From Bacilli bacterium (GTDB taxonomy: Bacteria; Bacillota_I; Bacilli_A; RF39; UBA660): a DNA stretch of 64,000 nt. Under the pieces are notes generated by a model that worked only from the letters and a program-made list of their open reading frames with translations, ran no database searches and was not told the origin of the DNA. A program made the position numbers and the translations under genes. Below, piece by piece: positions 50,578-59,087 of the stretch (positions within the stretch are counted from its first letter, which is position 1; each line of letters opens with the position of its first letter). The DNA lies in contig JAFQTN010000002.1 in NCBI GenBank assembly GCA_017409025.1, positions 43,967 through 107,966 of the forward strand. Reading direction: 5' to 3'.

Positions 50578-50602
50578 AGAAAATACTTAAAAAAGTATTT
50601 TC
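50578..50602 (-). terminator. Hairpin terminator directly after the nagZ stop
   Basis: AGAAAATACT-taaaa-AGTATTTTCT, with T-rich sequence downstream on the minus strand. Confidence 0.5.
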
Positions 50603-51721
50603 TTATTCACAAATCCTATTTATTTCTTCAATCTCTTTATTAATTTTATCTATATCACATTTATTATCAATTAAATTATCATTTATCATATATTTTTCTT
50701 TTATTGAAATTATTCTTTTTACACTATCATTTATGATATCTATATTATTTTTGTCTCTTTTAACAAACGATACAAGTTTATTTACTAAAGAATCCTCTTC
50801 TTTATCAATCTTCATTAATATAAGATCACCACCAGATAAAATTGCTTTTTTTAACACGCTAAAACGAAAAATTTTATTTCTTGATAACATTCCAATCTCA
50901 TCAGTAACTATTAATCCATTATAGTTATATTTTTCTCTAATAAACTTGTTAATAAATAAAGAAGATATACTAGCAGATAACCCCCTTGTCATTCCTTTGA
51001 TTATTAAATGTCCTACCATAAGAGAATCTACTCCATAATTAATAGCATTTTCAAAGGGTTTTACATGATCTTTTATTAATTTATTATTAAATACATATGG
51101 AATAATAAAATGAGAATCTATCTTAGAAATACCATGTCCTGGAAAATGCTTTACAACAGAAATTATTCCCTTTTCCTTTAATCCATTAATATATTTTATA
51201 CTACTATTATTTACTTTTTCTAAATCTCCATAAAAACATCTTTTATATAAAAGTTTACTAGAATTATTATACACATCTAATACCGGCGAAAAATTCATAT
51301 TTATTCCTAAAGAAGATAACATTTCACCAGTTATCAAACCACTCTTATATACCAAATCCGAATCTTTATAAGAAATATCATATATATTTTTTATATTTTT
51401 AAATTCTAAAGGCATTCTATTAACCCTACCACCTTCTTGATCAATAGATATAAATAATGGAATCTTATTATTTTTGTTAGCATTCTTTAACCTATTAATA
51501 ACATTTACCATTTCTTTATAATTTTTATAATTTTTCTTATATAAAATAACTCCACCAATTGAATATTTTTCTATCATCGATACAATTATATCCACATTAG
51601 ATGAATTACATCCTAAAACTAATTTTTGACAAATTTTCTCTTCTATTGATAATTTTTTATACATATAACCACCATAACAATTATATATTATTTCAAAACT
51701 AAAGTAAATAATCCTAATCAC
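50603..51721 (-). CDS. nagZ: Beta-N-acetylhexosaminidase (GH3, NagZ-type)
   Basis: 372 aa. GH3 N-terminal domain blocks ISIDQEGGRVNR, KHFPGHG and the catalytic Asp region LIVTDEIGM. Confidence 0.8.
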   Translation of the reverse strand: MIRIIYFSFEIIYNCYGGYMYKKLSIEEKICQKLVLGCNSSNVDIIVSMIEKYSIGGVILYKKNYKNYKEMVNVINRLKNANKNNKIPLFISIDQEGGRVNRMPLEFKNIKNIYDISYKDSDLVYKSGLITGEMLSSLGINMNFSPVLDVYNNSSKLLYKRCFYGDLEKVNNSSIKYINGLKEKGIISVVKHFPGHGISKIDSHFIIPYVFNNKLIKDHVKPFENAINYGVDSLMVGHLIIKGMTRGLSASISSLFINKFIREKYNYNGLIVTDEIGMLSRNKIFRFSVLKKAILSGGDLILMKIDKEEDSLVNKLVSFVKRDKNNIDIINDSVKRIISIKEKYMINDNLIDNKCDIDKINKEIEEINRICE

Positions 51722-51754
51722 AACTATTAATCATATAATTAACTGGAGGTAATA

Positions 51755-52456
51755 ATGCTATTAAATATTATAAATTATATAGTGGGAAATTTAATGTTCT
51801 TTACCGGAGCCTATTCAAATAATGTATTCCCAGAGCAACTTCCACAAGATTTAGAACTAGAGTATATTAAAAAAGCAAAAAACGGTGATAAAGAAGCCAG
51901 AAATAAATTAATTGAACATAATCTTCGTTTAGTAGCTCATATTGTAAAAAAATTTGAAGCAACAGGCCATGATATAGACGATTTAATAGGAATAGGAACG
52001 GTAGGATTAATAAAAGGAATAGATACATATTCAGATAATAAAAAGGTAAAACTTGCTACATATGCTGCTAAATGTGCCGAAAATGAAATCTTAATGTATT
52101 TTAGACAAGACAAAAAAAATAGTAAAAATATAAGTATCTATGAAGAAATTAGTTTTGATAAAGAAGGAAATAAAATTACTATCTTAGATATCCTTAAAAC
52201 ACCAGACCCAGATTTTATAGAAAATATATATGTAAATGATAATATTAAACTATTACAAAAATATATTAATGTTTTAACAGAAAGAGAAAGAGAAATAATT
52301 GAATGTCGTTATGGATTAGGAGATAAAGAAGAAGAAACTCAAAAAGATATAGCTAAAAGATTAAATATCTCTAGAAGTTATGTATCTAGATTAGAAAAAA
52401 GAGCTACTACTAAAATATTAAGAGAGTTCATCAAAAACCAAAAAAGACAAAATTAG
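51755..52456 (+). CDS. sigK: Sporulation sigma factor SigK (pro-sigma-K), intact
   Basis: 233 aa. The pro-sequence ends ...[51 protein letters not shown] matches B. subtilis SigK ([31 protein letters not shown]...LIKGIESYS). Region 4 is [21 protein letters not shown]. Confidence 0.85.
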   Translation: [233 protein letters not shown]

Positions 52457-52487
52457 TATATTTTAACACTAAATACCTTAAAATAAT

Positions 52488-52522
52488 TGACATTAACCCT
52501 ATTTTATAGTAAAATTTATAAA
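52488..52522 (+). promoter_or_regulatory. Strong sigma-A-type promoter (TTGACA-17-TAAAAT)
   Basis: ttgacattaaccctattttatagtaaaat, ~20 nt upstream of a GAGGAGGG RBS and the ATG at 52544. Confidence 0.55.
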
Positions 52523-52543
52523 TGTAATTTGAGGAGGGATAAT

Positions 52544-52717
52544 ATGGCAACAAAAGTAACTAGTAAAAAAGCAAAAAGTGTTAACAATAGACCAAACTGT
52601 CTAAAAATAACTAAAAGAACTCAAAAAGTTAATTTACAAACTGTAACAACTGCTGACGGCAAAAAAATTAGAACAAGTGCTAGAGAAGCAAGATCTATGA
52701 AGAAAAATAGTAAGTAA
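52544..52717 (+). CDS. Ribosomal protein bL28-like small basic protein
   Basis: 57 aa. MATKVTSKKAKSVNNRPNCLKITKRTQKVNLQTVTTADGKKIRTSAREARSMKKNSK aligns with B. subtilis RpmB (..[43 protein letters not shown]..) at NNR, KRT, NLQ.V, DGK.K and SAR. The ORF-track start at 52487 is probably spurious. Confidence 0.5.
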   Translation: MATKVTSKKAKSVNNRPNCLKITKRTQKVNLQTVTTADGKKIRTSAREARSMKKNSK

Positions 52718-52720
52718 CAT

Positions 52721-52757
52721 AAAACAAACTACCACATATCAAGTAGTTTGTTTTTAA
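52721..52757 (+). terminator. Rho-independent terminator of the bL28-like gene
   Basis: AAACAAACTAC-cacatatcaa-GTAGTTTGTTT followed by TTTAATTT. Confidence 0.6.
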
Positions 52758-52778
52758 TTTATAAAAAATAAATATTTA

Positions 52779-52822
52779 AAAACACCATAGTATGTATATA
52801 AACATCCATTATGGTGTTTTAT
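52779..52822. terminator. Hairpin after the pepF stop. It is flanked by an A-run and a T-run and is plausibly bidirectional.
   Basis: AAACACCAT-(22 nt loop)-ATGGTGTTT followed by TATTTTTATT. Confidence 0.45.
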
Positions 52823-52824
52823 TT

Positions 52825-54603
52825 TTATTCAAAATATAAATTTTCAAATTCACAAATTATATCTTCAAACATATCAATCGCACTAGATATAACTTTCTTA
52901 TCAGATAAATCAACTCCTGCTACTTTAAGTGAATCTAGTGGACTCTTACTCTTACCACACTTTAAAAAATCTATATAATCATCTGCACTAATCTTTCCAT
53001 CAAGTAAAGACGTTACTATATATGAAGCAGCAGACAATCCCGTAGCATATTTATATACATAGAAGTTATAAAAGAAGTGTGGAATTCTTTCCCATTCATA
53101 TTTTATATAGTCATCTACACACACATTATCTCCAAAATATACTTTATTTAACCTATAATATTCTTCACTAAGTATATCTGCCGTTACCGGTTTAGATTCT
53201 TCAATCATCTGATAAATATTTCTTTCAAACTCAGCAAACATTGTCTGTCTATAAATAGTAGCTCTAAATAATTCCATCATTCTATTTAATATAAATAACT
53301 TTTCATTCTTATCATTACTATTTTTAATTACATACTTAGCTAGTAATAATTCATTAACCGTAGAGGCTACCTCAGCTACAAATATTGAGTAATATCCATA
53401 CTGATAAGGATTATTATTTCTACTATAATAACTATGCATAGAATGTCCTAGTTCATGAGCTAACGTAGACATATCATCGTATTTATCCTGATAATTAAGT
53501 AGTATATAAGGATTAGTATCATAACTACCAGATGAATATCCTCCAGTTCTCTTACCCCTATTAGGATATACATCTATCCATCTATCTTTAATACCTTTCT
53601 TAAGTATTGATACATACTCTTCTCCCAATATACTAACTGCTCTAGTAACAATATCTACACCCTTATCAAAAGGATATTTAAAATTATCAACCTTTACTAA
53701 ATTAGCATAAACATCATATAAATGTAGTTCATCTACACCAAGTACTCTTTTCTTTAAATCATAATATCTATGTAATACACCAATTCTATCATTAACCGTA
53801 TCAACTAAATTATTATAAATAGATTCATCTAACTCATCCCTATATAAAGACGCTTCTATAGAACTATTATATTTCTTAATCTTAGCCATTGATACTTCTT
53901 CTTTTATATTAGATGTTATCAAATTAGCAAATATATTTTTAAAACTTTTATAAGTTTCATATAAAGTATTAAAGGCTCCCTTTCTAACTTCTCTATCATC
54001 ACTCTCTATATATAAACTATATTTACTATTAGTAAGTTCATAATCACTACCATTCACATTAAAATTAGGAAAAGACATATCACTATCTTTTAAAAGTTCA
54101 TAAGATTCATAATGATTACCAAAAGTTAAAGATAAATCTGCAAGTAACTTCTCTTCTTCATTAGATAAAGTATGTTCTTTATATCTAAACATATTCTTAA
54201 AATATAATTTATACTCTTTTAACTTATCAAACTTATCACATAATTCTTCTATATAATCATAATCTAACTTTAATATATCCGTATCTATAAAGTAAGTAGC
54301 CTTAGTAAATTCACTATATAAATTAGTTACTTCTTCTTTTAATTCTTGATTCTTATTAACTGAAGTATCCTCATCACACAACATACTCGTATATGTTTGT
54401 AATTTTTCTAATATTCTAGATACACTCATACACTTATTTATTACTTCATACAAAGTATTCTCATCATACTTAATATTCTTAAATTTAGAAAACTCTCCCA
54501 AACTAGATTTAACTAAACTAATATCTTTTCTAAAATCATCAATACTACCATATATTTTACTTAAATCCCATTGATACTTCTTATCTATACTATTTCTATC
54601 CAT
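52825..54603 (-). CDS. pepF: Oligoendopeptidase F (M3B family)
   Basis: 592 aa. Zinc motif HELGHSMHSYYS with a downstream Glu ligand in FVAEVASTVNE. Confidence 0.85.
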   Translation of the reverse strand: MDRNSIDKKYQWDLSKIYGSIDDFRKDISLVKSSLGEFSKFKNIKYDENTLYEVINKCMSVSRILEKLQTYTSMLCDEDTSVNKNQELKEEVTNLYSEFTKATYFIDTDILKLDYDYIEELCDKFDKLKEYKLYFKNMFRYKEHTLSNEEEKLLADLSLTFGNHYESYELLKDSDMSFPNFNVNGSDYELTNSKYSLYIESDDREVRKGAFNTLYETYKSFKNIFANLITSNIKEEVSMAKIKKYNSSIEASLYRDELDESIYNNLVDTVNDRIGVLHRYYDLKKRVLGVDELHLYDVYANLVKVDNFKYPFDKGVDIVTRAVSILGEEYVSILKKGIKDRWIDVYPNRGKRTGGYSSGSYDTNPYILLNYQDKYDDMSTLAHELGHSMHSYYSRNNNPYQYGYYSIFVAEVASTVNELLLAKYVIKNSNDKNEKLFILNRMMELFRATIYRQTMFAEFERNIYQMIEESKPVTADILSEEYYRLNKVYFGDNVCVDDYIKYEWERIPHFFYNFYVYKYATGLSAASYIVTSLLDGKISADDYIDFLKCGKSKSPLDSLKVAGVDLSDKKVISSAIDMFEDIICEFENLYFE

Positions 54604-54720
54604 AATATATCCTCCAAAGTAAGTATACCAAAAATTACCATTAAAAGTCTATAAAATTAACTGAAGAATTTTAGCTAATAAAGTCAAAAAAATACACACT
54701 ATTAATGTGTATTCATTTAT

Positions 54721-54873
54721 TATTCATAAATATCATCTATATTTTCATCAATAGTAAAATTAAGTTCTGGATATATTCCATCATCTATACACTCCATATG
54801 TGATAATGTACGTATTAATTCTAATTCTTCTAAACTAATATCATCTATTTCATCATACTTATTTTTTTCCATT
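54721..54873 (-). CDS. Small acidic peptide of 50 aa whose start overlaps the stop of the upstream 575-aa gene, consistent with translational coupling
   Basis: MEKNKYDEIDDISLEELELIRTLSHMECIDDGIYPELNFTIDENIDDIYE. It is below the ORF-track cutoff and was found by hand translation, so coding is uncertain. ATG at 54873, and the 575-aa gene's TAA is at 54859. Confidence 0.3.
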
Positions 54874-56586
54874 TTGTCGCCCCATTCCTAAAGATGATAT
54901 CTCTATTAATTCTAGTTGTGCTCCATCTAATAAATCATTTACTATTTGATTTTTATTAATAGATTTTAATGATGTATTTATATTATCTATAACACTAGTG
55001 TAAGCTAAAATTTCAGGATATCTTAAAGTAAATGTCCTAATAATATCACTATACATCTTTGCTAACCTAAAGTATCTACCAGCATTATAGATAATTGGCC
55101 TTTTTTCTTTAGCAGATAAATCATCATATAAAAAATTACCATTAGTCTTTTTTAAACCTAATATAGAAAATTTTCTATAAATAGTATGTATAATGTTATT
55201 AAAATTTTTTAAAATATTAATCTTATCTACAATCGGCAACTTATCAATACTAGTATAATCCAAAGATTCACCAGTAACAATCCTAGCTGAAATCTGATTT
55301 GCATAAAACGTTCTAAAATCAACCGAAGAATAACTATTTAATTTAATTAATTCATTTAACCCCTTAGGACTACCATCGTTATTATAGAATACTCTAAAAT
55401 GTGAATATTTCCCATTCAAAGAATCTGGATATTTCTTAAAATAAATATCCAATTCTTCTTTCTCAAAACAACCTATAAATCGTCCCTTTTTATCAGCATC
55501 TAATTTTGCAGCAAATACTTTTTTAATCATATATTTAAATGAATATAAATCTGCATAAATTGCTAATCTATCTTTTTCCGAAACATCCATATAATCTTTA
55601 ATTACTTCTCTAGTCCATAACCAACCATATTGATTAGCATCAGATTCTATATTATAAAGACCATAATTTCTTTCATATTCTTTGCTATCATTTTCATGTA
55701 ATATTTTTCTAGTAGACATCGCAAATGACATATCCGTCTTTTTCTTTTCATAATGTTCTTTATCTTGAACAGCATGTCTTAATTCATGAAACAATACATT
55801 CAAGCAAACTAATCCTTCCAATTTACCATTATTTAACTTTGAAAATTCATTTGTTAGTTTATTACCTAAAAAACTTGTTTGAACAAAAAAATCTTTAGAT
55901 AATGTAATAGTTTTATTCGAAGATAATCCATATGTAGAAGAACCATAACTACTTAAATCACCAATTAATATTTGAATGTTATCTAATTTTTCTTGACGAC
56001 ACTTTTTATATCCAAAATATTTAACTAAAAAAGATAAAGCATGTAAACCCAATAAGGTTTCATTATTTAATAAATATCTAGCTAATCTATCCTGAGCCTC
56101 TAAAATATTAGAATCATCATCTTTCGTAGAACTATAATCAAAATATTTTATCAATATATTTAATTCTTCTTGAGAAACATTTAAACCATTCTTTATTTTT
56201 TTATTAATCTCCTGAGCCTGAATCTTTTTTTGACGGCAAATGTTAATAATTCTATCAATACTAGGCAAATATTTTCTAAGAACATTTACATCCATAAATC
56301 TTATAGGTAATGACAAAAATAATAAAGGTTGTCTTAATAATTGTCTATCTAACTCTTCTAAATAAATTTTAGTTTTAATACCAATAGGACTATTATTTAC
56401 AATCATCCTACATACCATATGATCTATTGCAGTTATAGTAATAATTCTTTTATAATCCATTGAAAAATTATCATGTTCTAAATTGTTAGTTCTATCAATT
56501 AATAATTTTCTTATATCATTTTGACTAGTTTTATTAATAAAATCCATATTTAAATTAATAAATTCATCATCATATATCTTAGACAT
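54859..56586 (-). CDS. Hypothetical protein with an HExxH zinc-metallopeptidase-like motif
   Basis: 575 aa. VLFHELRHAVQDKEHYEKKK is the only recognisable motif. The rest is an unrecognised, mostly helical sequence. Confidence 0.45.
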   Translation of the reverse strand: MSKIYDDEFINLNMDFINKTSQNDIRKLLIDRTNNLEHDNFSMDYKRIITITAIDHMVCRMIVNNSPIGIKTKIYLEELDRQLLRQPLLFLSLPIRFMDVNVLRKYLPSIDRIINICRQKKIQAQEINKKIKNGLNVSQEELNILIKYFDYSSTKDDDSNILEAQDRLARYLLNNETLLGLHALSFLVKYFGYKKCRQEKLDNIQILIGDLSSYGSSTYGLSSNKTITLSKDFFVQTSFLGNKLTNEFSKLNNGKLEGLVCLNVLFHELRHAVQDKEHYEKKKTDMSFAMSTRKILHENDSKEYERNYGLYNIESDANQYGWLWTREVIKDYMDVSEKDRLAIYADLYSFKYMIKKVFAAKLDADKKGRFIGCFEKEELDIYFKKYPDSLNGKYSHFRVFYNNDGSPKGLNELIKLNSYSSVDFRTFYANQISARIVTGESLDYTSIDKLPIVDKINILKNFNNIIHTIYRKFSILGLKKTNGNFLYDDLSAKEKRPIIYNAGRYFRLAKMYSDIIRTFTLRYPEILAYTSVIDNINTSLKSINKNQIVNDLLDGAQLELIEISSLGMGRQNGKK

Positions 56587-56710
56587 AATATCACCTATCT
56601 TAAAATAATAATATCATAAAAAAATATATAAATTTTACATATCTAGAGAAATATACATCTATTTTACAAAAGAAAAGACCATTTAACATAAAATGATAAA
56701 TGGTTTATTA

Positions 56711-57841
56711 TTATAATTGTTCAACAAAGGTATCATATACTCTAATATATCTATATGTTAATCTCTTTGTTCCTTCTTTTTTTTCTTTAGCAACAATACC
56801 TAAATTAATTAATTTATTCAAAATAGTATTAATAGAGTTAATATGTGCTCCTAAATCTTCTGCCATTTCATTAGCAGTAAAAACTATCTTTTTCATCATT
56901 AATTGATGCATACTAAGAACAAGGCTTCCTTTAATATTCTCTTTAATAGTTATTTGATCTTCATCATACACCTTATTAATTCTCTCTATTCTATTAATAT
57001 TTCTAGTACATTGATCTATTACACATTGTAAAAAGAATCTAATAAATCCTTCTACATTGCCATTTCTACACTCTGTTAATGTATTATAATAATTGGCTTT
57101 AAATAATTCAATAATTTCAGATAAAAACAAAATAGGTTCATCATTTTTTAATTTTGCTAATTGTAATGTTATTAATGCTCTCCCCATTCTTCCATTTCCA
57201 TCATTATATGGATGGATAGACTCAAATTGAACATGAGAAATAGCAACCTTAATAAATGCTTCGTCACTATATAGTTCATTCATATATTCCATCAAATTAT
57301 CTAATAATTCAGGAACATCTTCTGGAACAGGAGGAACAAAAGTAGCACCCTCTTTTCCAAGCCCCTTTAATCCAATATAGTTTTGTATAGTTCTAATTTC
57401 TCCAGGATTTTTGTCTTTACCCCTAACTCCAGATAGTAAAATTTTATGCATAGAATTAATATTTATAACACTAAATTTCTTATCTTTTAATTCATTATTA
57501 GCATAATTTAACATGTTTTTCAAATTCTTTACCTCTTGAATACTATCATCAAACTCTTTATAATCCATATAATACATATCATCTTGAGATATTTGAGTCC
57601 CTTCAATACGAGAAGACCTAATACTTTCACCCAAAACCAATGAATCTAAAAAATATTTTTGATCAAACTTAAACATTTTTAATAAAGATTTATATTGGCC
57701 ATATTTATCATTAGCTTGACCTAATAATTTTAATGTATCTCTATCTAATTTATAATTTATTGGTAACACTTTTGCCTTATATGGTTCCATAATTTCACCT
57801 TCCTTAATCATATTATATGTCTTTTTGCATAAAAAATACAC
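56711..57841 (-). CDS. Fic-family protein (class II, with an N-terminal inhibitory SxxxEG motif and a C-terminal wHTH)
   Basis: 376 aa. Fic motif HPYNDGNGRMGRAL. N-terminal SSRIEGT fits the (S/T)xxxE(G/N) intramolecular inhibitory helix. The C-terminal NKLINLGIVAKEKKEG is HTH-like. Confidence 0.8.
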   Translation of the reverse strand: MYFLCKKTYNMIKEGEIMEPYKAKVLPINYKLDRDTLKLLGQANDKYGQYKSLLKMFKFDQKYFLDSLVLGESIRSSRIEGTQISQDDMYYMDYKEFDDSIQEVKNLKNMLNYANNELKDKKFSVININSMHKILLSGVRGKDKNPGEIRTIQNYIGLKGLGKEGATFVPPVPEDVPELLDNLMEYMNELYSDEAFIKVAISHVQFESIHPYNDGNGRMGRALITLQLAKLKNDEPILFLSEIIELFKANYYNTLTECRNGNVEGFIRFFLQCVIDQCTRNINRIERINKVYDEDQITIKENIKGSLVLSMHQLMMKKIVFTANEMAEDLGAHINSINTILNKLINLGIVAKEKKEGTKRLTYRYIRVYDTFVEQL

Positions 57842-57926
57842 AGTAATTTTAATTTTACTGTGTATTTTACACTATTTTTTAACATTTTACAAGCAAATAA
57901 TGTATATTTTTTTAAAAACTTAATGC

Positions 57927-59027
57927 CTAAACATTAAATCTAAAATAACATATATCCCCATCTTGCATTAAATATTCTTTTCCTTCAAGTCTTACCCTAC
58001 CATTTTCTTTAGCTTCTTTCTCACTACCATATTTAATTAAATCTTCATAACTAGTAACTTCTGCTCTAATAAATCCTCTTTCAAAATCAGTATGAATTAT
58101 CCCTGCACATTCTGGAGCTTTCATTCCTTTTCTAAATGTCCAAGCCTTTACTTCATCACTTCCAACTGTAAAGAATGTAGCAAGACCAAGTAACGAATAT
58201 GTCTTTTTAATAAGTTGATCCATTCCAGATTCTTCTATTCCTAGTTCTGCTAAAAATTCTTTTTTATCATCATCGTTAAGTTCAGCTAGTTCACTCTCTA
58301 TCTTAGCACAAATCATTACTACTTCACTATTTTCTGCCTTCGCATATTCACATACTTTTTTGTAATATTCATTACCACCATTCAATATATCTTCTTCACT
58401 AACATTGGCTACATATATCATAGGTTTTAAAGTAATTAAATTAAATGACTTAATTGCATCTAATTCTTCTATACTAAGTTCTATCTTTCTAACAGGTATA
58501 TTTTGAAGTAATCCTTCTTTTATTTTTCTTAAAGCACCTATTTCTAATAATTCTTTCTTATCCTTAGTCATTTCGGCTTTCTTACCAATACGATTTAATC
58601 TGTTTTCTACTATTTCTAAATCTGACATAATAAGTTCTACATTAATAATTTCAATATCTCTTACTGGATCCACATTACCATCAACGTGAATAACATTAGA
58701 ATCTTCAAAACAACGAACAACTTCAACTACTGCATCTACTTCTCTAATATGAGATAAAAACTTATTACCAAGACCTTCTCCAGAAGATGCCCCTTTTACT
58801 AACCCTGCTATATCAGTAAACTCATATACTGTAGGTATACATCTCTCAGGCATATACATCTCTTCTAAAGTAGCTACTCTCTTATCTGGAACAATTACTA
58901 CCCCAACATTAGGATCAATCGTTGCAAATGGATAATTAGCTACTAATATATTCTTCTTAGTAATAGCATTAAACAAAGTACTCTTTCCAACATTAGGAAG
59001 TCCTACTATACCAGCTGTTAAACTCAT
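57927..59027 (-). CDS. ychF: Redox-regulated ATPase YchF (Obg-family GTPase)
   Basis: 366 aa. G1 GLPNVGKSTLFNAIT, and a TGS domain at the C-terminus. Confidence 0.9.
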   Translation of the reverse strand: MSLTAGIVGLPNVGKSTLFNAITKKNILVANYPFATIDPNVGVVIVPDKRVATLEEMYMPERCIPTVYEFTDIAGLVKGASSGEGLGNKFLSHIREVDAVVEVVRCFEDSNVIHVDGNVDPVRDIEIINVELIMSDLEIVENRLNRIGKKAEMTKDKKELLEIGALRKIKEGLLQNIPVRKIELSIEELDAIKSFNLITLKPMIYVANVSEEDILNGGNEYYKKVCEYAKAENSEVVMICAKIESELAELNDDDKKEFLAELGIEESGMDQLIKKTYSLLGLATFFTVGSDEVKAWTFRKGMKAPECAGIIHTDFERGFIRAEVTSYEDLIKYGSEKEAKENGRVRLEGKEYLMQDGDICYFRFNV

Positions 59028-59087
59028 TTATATCACTTCTTTCTGAAATGTATTATAACAAAAAAAGACGTATTCGTAAATACATCT

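Noticed and set aside
52718-52745. Fourth occurrence of ATATCAAGT at 52733..52741
   Set aside because: It lies in the loop of the bL28-like gene terminator hairpin and not upstream of a start codon, so I treat it as a chance occurrence unrelated to the three promoter-proximal copies.
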